NCBI RefSeq assembly: GCF_020745735.1
Contig: NC_083418.1
Coordinates: forward strand, 43,727,776 to 43,791,775
Direction of reading: 5' to 3'
Length of the DNA stretch: 64,000 nt
Source of the DNA: Hemiscyllium ocellatum
Lineage: Eukaryota
Every line of letters begins with the position of its first letter. Position 1 is the first letter of the stretch. The notes under the pieces are model-generated. The model ran no database searches, was not told the origin of the DNA, and saw only the letters and a program-made list of their open reading frames with translations. Shown piece by piece: positions 26,344 through 40,354 of this stretch. The translations under genes were made by a program, and so were the position numbers.

Positions 26344-29069
26344 ACATCTCCAATGTTGTGTGAAATCCTCTATCTCCGTCTTTTTTTTTCCCAAATGCAT
26401 AATGTATGACTAGTAACATTTATGAAATGATGCAGTCTTCAGGAAATTCTGGTCGACCATATTCAATTCTGCCCGACAATAGAGGAGGGGCCAGTTATAA
26501 AGTTTCTGAGTCACTTGGGAGATCTTGCATAACGGTTTTAGGACTCTGGAGCAACATTGCAAATAGTATCATGCAGACAGAGTTGAATTAAAAAGAGAAA
26601 CTTGTAATGAGGCATGTGGAGTAGACCAACTAGTGTTAGGCTATAGAGTTAATAGATTCATCCTTCTATAATGTAACAAAAATATTAGAACCTATTATAT
26701 CTCTGAATACCATTAAATTTTAGCGTTTAGTTTCAATATGTAATAAACAGTGTTGTAAGGAAGCCAAAGCCTGAAGATGTTTGTTGACCTTGCCTTCACC
26801 TTTGCCAGTCTGTCTTTTCCATGTTCATGAGTCTGAGTTTATCAAACCGCAAAACAAAAAAGGATAACTGAAGAGCAGTTCAAAAGGGTCATGCATTGAG
26901 AATGTCACTTAATTGGAGAATAGCTCTGTTTAGTGAGGATTAAGGGATGTCCTGGCATCTAAGGAACTCAGGAGAAAATATGAACTAATAATAGTTCGGT
27001 TTAGCTGAAAGTATTGGTTAAAAAACCTCATACCAGTGTTTGTTGGATACAACTGAAAATTATAATTCAGAAAAATCCACTAGTAATATTTGCTGAAGGT
27101 TGCTATTTGTGAAAAGCTGGTGTTTGTGTCTGTGAGCGAGTATAGTTTCCAGAGTCTAGAGGAGCATAGGCTCAGGAAAGGAAAGTGGTGAACCAGCATG
27201 GAAGTAATGGTTATGCAGAATAGGATAAAATGGGAGTATCAAGGTCAGACCAATGGAAGTGAAGAATTGTAATTCCTTGTGAAGTCATACTGAGATTTAA
27301 TTGTGATTTTCATGTCAGTTGTGAATTGCTGAAAAATGCATGGAATTGGTCTGTTCTCATTTGCTGTTTGGTGTGTGCTGTGGGCTATTGAATCACATTG
27401 TATTGTCATATGAACCTTGTGAATTCTGGGTGTTAGAAATGTTGTACATGTAGATTGTACATTATTATTGTTCTAACATTGCACAGTAAAGTTTATTGTT
27501 TGTTCAACATTGTGACGTCCTGTGGCTTAATTCTCTTACTAATCCCCTGGAACTCTCACCTTGCCTATTTGAAAAATAAAAGTTATTAGTCCCTGGCTGA
27601 ATTGTCCATCGTTTCCAAGGGACTCTATCAAAGGAGATTCTTTGGCTTTCTGTCTATAGCAGAACTGCAGAGTACATTTGTCTGGAAATCTCTTGCTTCT
27701 GGTGATATTTGCCAAATTGGATCCCTCCACACCCCGGCTGCAATATTTTGCTTTAACTGGTTTGCAAAGACATGTTGGATATTGTCCCACAAAGAATTGC
27801 ACTTATTATGAGTCTGACTTTTTCCATTTTATTCCGTTTTTATTGTTGTATAGTATTCATGTATGAATTACTGTGCCATTTACTGACATGACACCACAGT
27901 GCAGTAATTTTTAGCAGACAAATTTATTCCATTTTTAGATTTGAACCCAAAGGAGTTGTTTCCCATGATCCTCAAGTACAGGTGCAATAAACAGCTTTTT
28001 CCATCAATTATTTCCAGTTGAAAGGTAACCCGAAAATAGAACAAGCTGCAACTATAAGCAGTGATGATACACCAGTTCTTGATACAGAAGATTCGATTTC
28101 TCCATACCTATCAGCGGTTACATGAGAACGTGAGTGTCCAGTCAAATGGGGAAATGAGAAATCTGAAGTGGATTTTTTTTTCCAAATTTAGCAATCTGTT
28201 TTGTTTTTAATACATGACTAATAATATGCAGATATTGTTTTTTTTCAAAGAATTGTATAAATGCCAGGTTTGTATCTATGTAGTTTTAATTTGTGCCTTA
28301 ATAGACATATTTGATGAATGTGGTGGGTCTCAATCTATGTTCATGCCAATTAGTTGTTAATAGGTATAATGTGAGACTTATAAATTTGATTTGGCAATCT
28401 TCAAGGGCATATTATTCATTCAACTTACCTCTGGGTATGTGCCTTAACTGGAAAATCTAGAATTGAAGTAGCATAATTAAACTGGGAGACACAGCAAGAG
28501 CATTGTTACTACTATTTATATCTCTTTAGATTCTGTAATTCTCTACTGCATATGTTTCCTATTTTCATTAACTATAAGCAAAATTTAGTTTTTTTTAAAA
28601 GCCCACTTTTGGTTAATCTCAAAAGTATGTATTAGTTTCAGTTGTACATGAAGGCGACAACAGATTAATCACACGAATTGAACTGCTGTCAAGGTTCCTG
28701 TGAGATTTAACCATTTGAGTCAGAGTTAGGCCTGTCTGGACAAGTAAGCCAACTTTTTTTTCATAACTGATCCAAGGTGACCAAAAGTGATTGTTTACCC
28801 TATCTCACTTTGCTCTCTCTCTCTCTCCTCTCCCAACTGACAAAACAACATGGCCTCTGGATTCACTGTGACAAAAAGCGTGAGGCAATGTTGCTTAGAG
28901 TCTTCGGCATTTGATTTGTTTATGTTTATTTTTATTTGTTTTATTAGTTTGTTCATGGGATGGCAGTGGCGCTTGTAAAGTTTCACTCCAATGAGTTTTC
29001 CCCCGATATCCATTGATTTCAGTTTTACAAGAGTTACTTTCACGTTGTAGTTGGATGATAACTGTAAAA

Positions 29070-29242
29070 AGGAGAAAGTGAGGACTGCAGATGCTGGAGA
29101 TCAGAGATGAAAAATGTGTTGCTGGAAAAGCGCAGCAGGTCAGGCAGCATCCAAGAAAGGCTTATGCCCAAAACATCGATTCTCCTGCTCCTTGGATGCT
29201 GCCTGACCTGCTGCGCTTTTCCAGCAACACATTTTTCAGCTC
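29070..29242. mobile_element. Fold-back PLE-derived mini-element, family A
   Basis: Inverted arms, single-copy tail aaagtgaggactgcagatgctggagatc, 14-bp TSD tgataactgtaaaa (29056-29069, 29243-29256). Confidence 0.92.
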
Positions 29243-29739
29243 TGATAACTGTAAAAGACAGGTTAAGACATCTTCAGATAGAACTGTTGAGCGGACATCC
29301 ATTTTGGCCTTCTCTTGAGGTGTGAAAGCATACAAAACTGGGCATCAGCCAGTTCAATTCACTTTACATGATGTAAAGTGATGTCTGAGTTCATTGGAAA
29401 AAGCAAAGACTTATGGGACTGATAACATTTCAGCAGTAGCCCTGAAGCCTTGTGCTCCAGAAGTGGTCTTGAGGTCAAATCTAATGATTCTCACCCCACC
29501 TCAGGGATTCAGTTCTACCATTCCTGCATAGGTCAAGACTGGAATGAGGTCTGTATCTACATGGTCCAAATTGAAGCTAAACTGAGCATTGGTAAGCAGA
29601 TTATTATTGAATATGTATCGCTTGATATCACTGTCGGTGGTACAGTATGTCCTTGCAGAACAAACCATCACTAACCAATGGTTAGAGTAGAGTACTGCAC
29701 CAATCCCCCTTTACTCTTTTAAAACAAATTATTTTTGCA

Positions 29740-30145
29740 AACATGTTATGGCACATGAACCCATGCCCTTTGGCCCAGAGATAGGGCCACTATTAGTGCA
29801 TTACCAGGCTTCTTTTGATAATCCTCTAATTCATATTTTGGAAGAATGGAGAAAGGCTTTACAGAGCTCTGAACTTGTGATGACTGTTTACGTTTAACTG
29901 ACTCAGCCAAACGTATTATTTTTAACCACTTGTTCCAAGATATTGTGACACATCTCTGGGGCAGGTTAGGACTTGAAACCAGATCTTCTGGCCCAGAGGT
30001 AGGAATGCTACCACTGAATCACAAATTTCTAAAGTATTTTCAATCAACCTGTTCACTATATGTTATGACATATGTGAGGCAGATTGAACTCAAACCTGGA
30101 CCATCTGGCCCAGTGACAGGACTGTACCACTATACAACAAGATTC
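29740..30145 (-). repeat. Three diverged tandem tRNA-derived (SINE-head-like) units
   Basis: Recurrent tggcccag core with, on the minus strand, Box A-like (tgattcagtgg) and Box B-like (ggtttcaagtcc) motifs. Confidence 0.6.
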
Positions 30146-32275
30146 CTTCATAATCATGAATAGGAAATGTTTATAGAGACATAGGCCAAATGCAGGCAAA
30201 TGGGACTAGTTTAGTTTAGGAAATTTGGTCAGCAATAGTCTGTTTCCTTGCTGTATGACTTTATGACTCTATAATCCTCCTTTCTATACACTGTCTAAAC
30301 ACTTGTTGGGCTAAGCAGGATAGAGCATGAACCACTTATGAGTCTTGATACGCAGAGGCTCTTGGTTTAATCATAAGATAGAGTTTATTGCATAATCATA
30401 ATAGCAATGGTTAGATAAAATGATATATTATTGAGCCAAAAATGACTCATCTGACCCCCCCCCCCCAACTTTACTGATTTAAGGCTATATGATGTTATCA
30501 GTTTGAGTGAAGCTTAATGCAGTCTCCAAAGTTAACCCTTTCCAAGCTAATTCAATAGATGACACCTCCCAACACATTACCATTGAGGCAGCAACTGACT
30601 AAATCAGATTTATTATGTTTTTGATAGATTGGGCATATTCTGGGTAGATGTTAATGTGTACCTACACTGGACTAGCTTGACTGGAGGCACGGCCAGTTTT
30701 GGAACTTAAGCTGAACTGTTGTTAGGCCTGTAGAGTTTGCTGTATCCAGTGCACACAGGCATCTGTTGATGCCAGGTGAAGTAGACTGAATTGGCCAAAA
30801 CCAGTTTTTATGATATTTTGCATTCTTCAGGAGGAGGCCAAGATTGGTGATCCACTCAGCACTTCTAGCTGAAGATGGTGGTAAAATATTTCTGCTTGCC
30901 TTTTGCAATTTTATTCTGGGCTTCTTTGTTATTTTGAATGTAGAGATGCTTAAGGTACATCCACTTAATTTGCTTTTCCCATTAATTTAATTGCCCACCT
31001 TATATTTATTGCTCGTTGTGGCAGGGCTGCAGAGTTTTGATCTGATACGTCAACTTTATGGTTGCATCGGTATGTCGGTAGTGTGCTGTTTCCTCTCTAA
31101 GTAATCCTGTGTTATTAAGAAGCCTGATACTTCTGCTACTTATTTCTGCATTCCACATTGAACTAAGATTTGTTGTTGTTTTGATAAGGAGTAATTTGAG
31201 CAGCAGATATATTAGTCATTCTGATCATTGTTGCAGGAAAATGTAAATGAGTGTAATTTGCAATATTATGGATTCAAAAATGTTTGGATGGTGGATTAGG
31301 AGAAATTAAAGTGAGATTCACATCGAACATTTGTTTAACTTGACAGAGTGCATTTTATTGCATTTTGGATTTTGCTTTTGTTCTGAATTTGAAGCTAAAA
31401 TATTTTTATCCTGGATGGCTTCACTTCCTTTCATTAACAGTTTGATCTAAAATTTTATTTGTGGATTGAAATCTTTTTATAGCATCTACTACTTAGAATA
31501 AACCTACTGGTTTATCATATCCAAGAGACCTGTAAGCTTATAGAATGTAGACAAGGTTATCCAAGATGCATTGTTACAAACACTTGCGTCTGCTGATCCA
31601 GTATAATTTTTTTATCCAGGGTGAGAGCCATACCCTGACTCCAGTCAGTCGTGAGATGATTCAGCAGTGTTGTAGAGGCATATTTGTAAAATAATATGTA
31701 TGCTATTTTTGAGTACATCAAGTTACGGGCAAAAAAATACAACCTACAGCCTTACCATTTAGCATACAGGGCAGTCTCCCACTTGCCAAAAGACATGCTG
31801 TGGAAGTCTACAGGAGTGGAATTAAAAACAAGCTTTATCTTTTTGGACAAGTGTTTTCTCTTGCCCTGTGGAGTCATCGTTGAACATGTCCCACCTGTCC
31901 AAACTAAACTAGTCCCACCTGCCTGCCCCTGGCCCATCCCTCCAAATCTTTCTGATTCATGTACTTATCTAAATGTCTTTTAAACGTTGTAATTGCATAT
32001 TTTAAGATACTTAACTCCATTTTAAGAAAATATAGAAATAGGATTCAGCCATTCAGTTCCTTGAGCCCACTTTATCATCCAGTGAGATCATGGCTGATCC
32101 TCTATTTGTACAAACATTTTCCTGCATGATCCCAATATTTTGATTGTTTATAAAATATAGAAATCTATCTAGGAGTGAATATATTTAGTGACTCAATCTC
32201 CACAGACCTCCAGGAACCATATTCCAAGATTCACTATCCTCTGAGTGAAGAAATCACTCCTCATTTTAGTCCTAA

Positions 32276-32530
32276 AGGCAATGGCCTGATGGTATTATGG
32301 CTAGAATATTAATGTAGAGCCCCAGATAATGTTCTGAGGATTTGTGCTCGAATTCGAAAAAATCTGGGAAGAAGAGCCTAACGATGAGTGTGAAGCTGTT
32401 TGCAATTGTTGAAAAAACCTATCTGGTTCACTAATATTCTTTAGGGAAGAAATCACCATCCTTATCTGGTCTGGACTATGTATGACTCTAGACCCACAGC
32501 AATGTGGTTGACCCTTAACTGTCCTCTGGA
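32276..32530 (+). mobile_element. SacSINE1-like DeuSINE
   Basis: Head aggcaatggcctgatggtatta; core tctggttcactaatattctttagggaag...cccacagcaatgtggttgac. Confidence 0.8.
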
Positions 32531-33726
32531 TTGTCATGCTCAAAATCCCTACCTTTCTGCAAATATTTCTTAATCCTTTCTCTCAATATTGATTTTAGTA
32601 ATTTGCCCATCACTGAGGTCAGATTAACTAGTCTATAATTATTTGGCTTATCCCTTGAACCCGTTTTGAATCGTGGTACTACATTTGCTGTTCTCTGGTA
32701 CCTCACCAGTATCTAATAAGGACTGGGCAATTATCCTGAGGGCTGTTCCCTGGCTTTCTTTAATAACCTAGGTTGCAATTTATTTAACTTGATGATTTAT
32801 GTATCTTCAAGAATGTTAATCCCTCAAGTATGGCTTCGTGCTTGGGAAATAATGTCTCACAAGTTTGATTGAGTTCTTTGGAGTGGTTACCAAGAAGACA
32901 AATGAATGCAGAGCAATAGACATTGTTAACATGGACTTTAACAAGGCCTTCAACAAGGTCCGACATGTAGACTTGTTAGGAAGGTTACAAACAACGGATT
33001 CAGGGAGAGAGAGCCAAATTGGATACAAAATTGGCTTGATGGTAGAAGACAGAGGGTGGTGGTTGAGGCTTGTTTTCAGACTGGAGGCCTGTGACCAGTG
33101 GTGTGCTGCAAGATTGGTTCTGGCTCCATTGTTGTTCGTCATTTATATCATTAGTTTGAATCAGGTATGGTGAGCTGCAGATGACACTACAATTGGTGGT
33201 ATAGTGGACTGTGAAGCAGGTTATCTAAGAGATCTTGATCAGATGGGCCAATGGGCTGAGGAGTGGCAGATGGGGTTTAATTTAGATGAATGCAAGGTGT
33301 TGCATTTTGGTAAGGCAGGACTTACACTGTTAATGGTTGGGCCCTGGGGAGTGTTGTTGAACAGAGGGACCGAGATCTATGGATGCAGATTCATATTTCC
33401 TTGAAACTGGCATCACAGGTAGACTGAGTGTGAAGAAAGCATTTGACATGCTTGCCTTCATTGCTCACAGCACTAAGTATAGGAGTTTAGATGTCATGTT
33501 GTGGCTGTACAAGACATTGGTGAGGCAACTTTTAGAATAATGTGTACTCTTCTGGCTGCCCTGCTGTTGGAAAGATGTTCATAAAGTAGAAAGGGTAGAG
33601 AAAAAAATTACAAGGATGTTGCTAGGACTGAAGGTTTTGAGTTGTAATGTAAGGTAGAATAGGTTGGGACTTATTTCCCTGGCATATCGGAGGCTGAGGG
33701 ATGACTTCACTGAAGTTTATAAAATC

Positions 33727-33912
33727 GTGATTTGGAGATGCCAGTATTGGACTGGGATGGGCAAAGTTAAAAATCCCACAACACCAGGTTATGGTCCAAC
33801 AGGTTTATTTGGAAGCTCTAGCTCAACCACCTGATGAAGAAGCAGTGTTTTGAAAGCTAGTGCCACCAAATAAACTGGTTGGACTGTAACCTGGTGTTAT
33901 GTGATTTTTAAC
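33727..33912. mobile_element. Fold-back PLE-derived mini-element, family B
   Basis: Inverted arms, family B tail, 11-bp TSD tttataaaatc (33716-33726, 33913-33923). Confidence 0.92.
33828..33862 (+). ncRNA. Minimal type I hammerhead ribozyme (family B)
   Basis: CAC CUGAUGA A GAAGC AGU GUUUU GAAA GC UA^ GUG. Helix II still fully paired (two G-U). Confidence 0.7.
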
Positions 33913-34619
33913 TTTATAAAATCAGGAGGGGCATAGGTGAATAACCAAGGTGTTTTTTTTCCCCAAGGGTAGGGGAGTCGAAAACTAGAGGGCATAAGGT
34001 GAGGGGAGAAAGATTTAAAAGGGATCTGAGGGGCAATATTTTCATACAAAGGGTTGTGCTTATGGAATGAGCTGTCAGAGGAAGTGGTAGAGGCAGGTAT
34101 AATTACAACATTTAAAAGACATTTGGACAGGTACATGAATAAGGAAAATTTTAAGAGATATGGGCCAAGTGTAGGCAAATGGGACTAGTTGAGTTTAGAA
34201 TACCTGGTTGGCAATGACAAGTTGAACCAAAGGGTCTATTTCTGTGTTGTATGACTCTGTTTCCCCGTCCCCTGCCATTGTACTTTGTCTAATATTTCAC
34301 ACATCTTTTAACTAAAATATCTGCATAATCCTTTCTGAAGTCTGAGTCATTATCAACCATGCCTACATCTTGTGAATCCACATATAAGTTACCATGTACA
34401 TGTCTAAAAAGCCCAACCTTTTTCTCTGACATCCTGTGCTTTTATTATCCTGATAAAATGTCTTCGATTTTTTTTTAAATTTTACTGGCTAATATCTGTT
34501 CTTAACTTTCCTTTCCTAATTTCCTTTTTGCATGCCATCCTGTACTTTTCCAATTCATCTAAGTGTCCTAAAATATTATTTTTATGAGACTTGTTATAAG
34601 TGCTGTTTGTCTGCTTTCC

Positions 34620-35060
34620 GCCTCGGACTGCCACTCCCTCACCACCAGATGCCTGGAGGAAGAACGCCTCATCTTCCGCCTCGGAACACTTCAACCCCAG
34701 GGCATCAATGTGGACTTCAACAGTTTCCTCATTTTCCTTTCCCCACCTCTCCCTAGTTCCAAACTTCCAGCTCAGCACTGTCCCCATGACTTGTCTGGAC
34801 TTGTTCTACCTGCCTATCTCCTTTTCCACCTATCCACTCTACCCTCTCCTCCCTGACCTCTCACCTTCATCCCCTCCCCCACTCACCTATTGTACTGTAT
34901 GCTACTTTCTCCCCACCCCCACCCTCCTCTAGCTTATCTCTCCACACTTCAGGCTCTCTGCCTTTATTCCTGATGAAGGGTTTTTGCCCAAAACATCGAT
35001 TTCACTGCTCCTTGGATGCTGCCTGAACTGCTATGCTCTTCCAGCACCACTAATCCAGAA
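34620..35060 (+). mobile_element. Neptune-type PLE 3' fragment with family A pLTR
   Basis: LEEERLIFRLGTLQPQGINVDF (GIY-YIG C-terminus). Hammerhead at 34966-35000 disrupted by CpG-type decay (CGAAACGTC to CAAAACATC). Confidence 0.9.
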
Positions 35061-35669
35061 TATGCTTTCTTATCCAGTATGCTTTTGGGTAATCAAGGTG
35101 TTCTATATTTGACAGTATCACCCTTTTGTCTTTGTGGGGTCATGCCTATAAAACACTTGTAAAATCTTTCTTTAAATACCTCCCACTGACTCCCATTGAC
35201 TGCGTTTCAAGTAGCCATTTATAAATGAGTGTATCATCTGACTGTTTGTGAAGAGCCAAGCAGGTGGTAGTGGCAGTGAGAGAGGGTGTCAAGCAGATAA
35301 TCTCAAGCAGCCATGCCAGGACCTCCATGGAGGTTAGGTAATAAAAGGTGAGAGAGAGAGAGAGAGTGCCAACTAAAACACTTGAACAGGCAGTCTCTGA
35401 AAAAGAAGAATGCCTTTGGTGGGAGTAGGCCTCATGGGAGGGAGAAGACAAAGGATTCATCTAACCAATGTAATTTTCATTCCATGTAAATAATGTCTTG
35501 TTGAGTTCCCCTTCATTTTTGTAGTGACCTGATGCCAGTAGAATAATGAATCCTTGCTTCACGGATCTTTGGGTCTTCCATGTGTTTAAATTTCATGTTA
35601 CAGCCATTAAAAAAGATGAAATGTCAGCTCAAACAGAGTCCATATCTTTGACTTCATAGTCTTTATAGA

Positions 35670-37900
35670 GACGTGGTTATAAGGAAACCAAATTCGAATT
35701 TGAATATCCAAGGGTACATTAGAGTCAGAAAGGACTGGAAGGTGGGAAAATATGGTGGGGTAACCCCGGAATTAAAAGAGGGCATTAATACTGTCGTGAG
35801 AGATGTTCTTTGTTCTAAACTTCAAGATGTAGAATCAGTTTGAGTAGAACTAAGAAACCACAAAGGGCAAAAGAATTATGGCAGAATTTCGGTATCACTG
35901 CTGTTTTGGTAGCATATAAAATGTAAATCACAGCATAAAAACCAGGAAAATTGAGAAGTGTGCAACCTTAACACAGTAATATTGGGGGACTTCATCTACA
36001 TATAGTCTAGGTAAACCCAATTAGTACTACCAGGCAACAGGCTATTTTAGATCTGGTGTTGTGTAATGGAAGAAGGGTCAATTCATAATGATGTTCTCAA
36101 TGTAAGTTGAGTGACCATAATATGTTAGCATTTTAAGTTTAGTACTGATGTAGTTCAATCAGAATCTCAAGTTCTCAATCTAAACAAAGGGAACCATGAA
36201 CTCTGAAAAGCAAATTGACTATGTGAATGGGAAGTCACATTAAAAGGTTCGATAGTAGATCAGCAATGGCTAACGTTTAGAATAACTAATATACAAGATA
36301 CAGCAAAAAAAATTGTTTCTGCCTGCCACACTACCAGAAGAATGTGGCTGCTTTGGAGAGGGTTCAGAATAGGCTAATCAGAATGCAGCCTGATTTGAAG
36401 GCTATTAGCTACGAGGAGAGAATGGCCAAACTTGGTTTGTTTTCATTTGAACTCTGAAAATTGGGGGAAGCAATCTGATACAGATACAATATAATGAGAG
36501 GACAGAATGGATAAATGGAATATTTTTCTGGTAATGTGAATTACTAGGAGACCTAGGTAAAGGGACAAAGTTTAAAGGAGATGTGCGAAGCAAGTTTTTT
36601 TTACTGAGTATCTGGAATGTGCTGCCTGAAGTGGTAGATGTATAAGAGGCATCCTGACAAGATGCATGAATAGGCAAGGAATAGAGGGATAGAGACTGTA
36701 GAGACAGAAAGGGTTTTCGTTTAGAAAGGCGACATGTGTCAGAACAGGTTAGGTATGCCGGAGGGCCTGTTCCTTTGCTGTACTTGTTTTTGTTCTTTAA
36801 TGCACTAAAACGAGCAAAGATATGTTCCAACTGTGGCTAATGCAAGAACTCAAGGATTGTATTGGGTCATAGTGGAACACACAAAAAAAATTGGTAATCC
36901 TAAGGATGGTGGGGAGAAGTGGATTTTTGAATTCTGCAAAGGAAAACCAAGGAAAAGATTATAAGGGGAAACTGAATAGGAGCAGTGAGAAACAAACAGA
37001 AACTAATAGGTTCTACAGCTATGTAAAAAGGAAAAGATTAGCAAAAACAAAAAAGATGAGTCTATTACAAGCAGAGTTAGATGAATTTAGACATGAAGTC
37101 TGTCATCACAGATGAAAATACTAAAATCTTCTGAGAAATAATATTCTTTTGACTAGTGTAAGCAAAGAATTGCAAGATATTAATGATTATTAAAAAAAAG
37201 TAATACCAAAAAAATTAATGGGACTGAAATTTGATAAACTCATTGGATTTGATGATCTACATTCCAGTGCGTTGAAAATAGGTGGTTGGAGAGACAATAG
37301 GTGCATTGGTCCTCACCTTTTGCAATTCTCCAGACTCTGCATTGGTATCAGCAGTTTTGAAGGTAGCAACTGTATCCCTATTCAGGGAAAATAGGGAAGA
37401 GAGGAAACAGGGAACTACAGAACCATTAGTCAAAAAGCAATTGTCAGGAAAATACTGGAAACAAAGAATGCAATAACAGCACACTTTAAAGTAATGGCAG
37501 AATTAAGCTCAGTCAACAAAGGTTTATGGACGGGAAATTATTTTGTTTGACAAACTTGTTGAGAGGTTTTCAGGCAAGGTAAATAGCAGAGTAGATGAGG
37601 AAACAGGTGGATGTGATATGTTTAGATTTTCAAAAGGCTTTCAAAAATATTCCACCCAACAAAATTAAATTATGAGAGGCATGGAATTAGGAGCAATATA
37701 TTGGTATGAATTGAGAGCCGGTTAATGGGCAAACTAAATTATGAATAAATGGTCCGTTTCAGGTTGGCAGGCTGTAATTGTGGAGCACCACAAAGATCTA
37801 TGCTTGGTTGCAGCTATTCACAATCTAGATTAATGACATGGACGTTTGGGTTAAACGTAATCTTTCCAAGATTGAAGATGACACAAAAATAGGTAGAGTG
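35670..37900 (+). mobile_element. Degenerate CR1 ORF2 (APE to RT) with nested CR1 3' fragment (~36335-36795)
   Basis: Remnants VIL/GDF, LDLVL, FYSYVKRKR, LDFQKAF, and K.EDDTKIG in order. Confidence 0.75.
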
Positions 37901-39434
37901 AAAATTGAGAAGAGGGTACAGATGTGCGCATGGCAGTATAAAGTAATTGCTATGTCAGAAACTTGCCTTAAAGAAGGGCAAAATGGCAATTAAAAATCTT
38001 CAGATATTGAGTTTGCAGAAATGGAGGTATAGCATTAGTGGTTAAAGAATCACCTGTGAGAAAGGTTGACATACAAAATGAAACAAAACATGAGATATTT
38101 TGGGTTGAGTTCTGAACAAAAAAAGGGGCTGCCACACAGTTAGGTGAGCAGTATGGTCTTTCAAACAGTGAGAAAGAATCTGAGAAGAAAAAATGTAGTC
38201 AAATGTCTAAGTACCAAAAAGGTAGAGCAATAATAATATATAAATATCAACTGAGATATGAAAGGCACAGAAGACACAAATTCTTGAATTGTATTTAAGA
38301 GAACTTTTGTAACCAGCACATGACAAACCAAGTGAGTGAGGATACAATTCTAGATTTAGACTTAGGAAATGAAGCAGCAATGGGGGACTATTTTGGAGCT
38401 GGTGACCATAGCACAGTTAATGTTAGCACAAATATGGAAATCGGCAAACATAGGCCATGAGTAAAAGTTATGAACTGGGGGAGAGGCAACCTTTACAAAG
38501 CTGAAATTGATCATTATTTTCATCATGAAGCACATAGACATGTGCAGTATGTCACGTAGGACAGCTGTGGAAGCAGTCATAATGGGAAGGGATAAGTGGG
38601 CAGAGGTGTGAAGAAGGGGGCTGTGTCTACAACTAGTCACTGAGTGTTCATAAGGGGAAGAATATCGGAGTCGCATACATAAAATTTTGATGACACAGCC
38701 ATGCAGGCATGACACAGGCACTCATTGTACTGCATTGATCTCACTTGCACCTCCTGCCACCATCACTGATGGGAAGCTGCCTGATGTGTTGCTAACCGTG
38801 CTCTCAAGTAATTGTCATTGGTGTTCTTGTATACCCCTGACATAGTACATCCTTGGGTACTGAGCTGAGATGCCAAATGACACAATAAAGGATCTGGCTG
38901 TTCACTGGCATGGAAAACTGAGTTATGGGAAACAAACCTTTATCATAAATCCAAACTATGTACTTAGGTGTCAGGCATGGGACCTTGGTGCCTTCACAAA
39001 ACTTTTCTTCTTCTCTCCCTCCAGCTCTGCCTCACTGAATTCCCTGTAATGCAGATTGATGGAAGGACCCTGCTCCATAGTGAAGCATGTTGGCCCTGAT
39101 GATTTGGTGGTGTGACCCTTGGGCCATTGTTGTCTGGATGGGCCATAAATGCTGAGGGTCTTTGTGCCTGAGGCAAGGTGACCCTTTTTAGCCTGAATTT
39201 CCAAGGCTCGGGCATGGTGGAGATGGAAAGCCAGTTCACTTCTGCAGTCTGCTGAGTGTACATAGCTGAGGGAGTCATGTGTGTGGGTCCACCTTAGCTG
39301 GATTACATATAGCATGACCCTGTCGCCATAAAGGGACAGAGAACTTAGACTATGGCCAGAGTTTGACCAACTTTTGATCAATTTGGAACGTGTGTCCAAT
39401 TCTAGACAGCATGTTTTAGAAAGATTTTAACCAC

Positions 39435-39722
39435 CAGCACGATGGCTCAGTGGTTAGCACCGCTGCCTCACAGCACCAGGGTCCTAGGTTCAAGTCCAGT
39501 CTTGGTCTATATGGAGTTTGGATATTCTCCCTGTATCTGCGTGAATTTCTTCTGGGTCTCTGATTTCCTCCCACAGGTCAGGTGAATTGGCCATTCTATA
39601 TTGCCCATAGTGTTAGGTGCATTAATCAGAGGGAAATGGATCTGGGTGGGTTACTCTTCAGAGGTTCAGTGTGGACTGGTTGGGCCAAAGGGCCTGTTTC
39701 CACACTGTAGGGAATCTAATCA
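39435..39722 (+). mobile_element. HE1-type V-SINE
   Basis: Box A tggctcagtgg (39443-39453), Box B ggttcaagtcc (39487-39497), V-domain, tail gggaatctaatc. Confidence 0.9.
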
Positions 39723-39786
39723 AACACTATAAATGAAGAAAAGATTGGCATGAATAGATCCAGGTATGAGAGACTTTAGTTATATG

Positions 39787-40290
39787 GAGTCATAGAGTTA
39801 TACAGTACAGAAACTGACGCTTTAGTCTAATTCGCCCATGTTGGCCATGTTTCCCAAAACAAACTAGTCCCATTTATCTATGATTGTCCCATATCACTCT
39901 AAACTTTTCCGATTCATGTACCTATCCAAATTTCTTTTAAATGTTGCAACTGTACTTACATCTAAAACTTCCTTTCTTAGTTCATTCCACATACAAATTA
40001 CCGTATGTGTGAAAAAGTTGTCTGTCTAATCCCTTTTAAATCTTTCTCATCTCACCTTGAAAATATGCCCCCTTGTTTTGAACTCCCATACCCTCGGAAA
40101 AAGAACTTTACTATTCACCTTAACTATGCCCCTCATGATTTTATAAACCTCAAAAGGCCACCCCTCAACCTCCTGTGCACCAGTGAAAAACGTCCCAGTC
40201 TTATTCAGCCTCTCCTTATCAAACCCTCCAGTCCTAATACATCCTGGTAAATCTTTTCTGAGCTCTCTCCAATTTAATAATATCCTTCCT
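39787..40290 (-). mobile_element. CR1 3' fragment
   Basis: EVYKIMRGIVKVNSKVLFPRV.EFKTRGH; tail gagtcatagag. Confidence 0.88.
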
Positions 40291-40354
40291 TTTGCTTTCA
40301 TAATCACCTACTACATATACATCTTGTGGTTTTGTAAGCAGGTCAGAGGTGAGG

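Larger units (their letters stand above)
32830..34258 (+). mobile_element. CR1 LINE RT to 3' end (interrupted by family B)
   Basis: MDFNKAFNKV, LAPLLFVIYI and WAEEWQMGFNLDECKVLHFG motifs; tail gtatgactct. Confidence 0.9.

Noticed and set aside
26660-27640. Solo LTR
   Set aside because: Composition and an AATAAA are suggestive, but no defensible TG..CA boundaries or TSD were found.
39435-39500. tRNA gene
   Set aside because: Box A/B are followed by the V-domain and LINE tail, so this is a SINE head.
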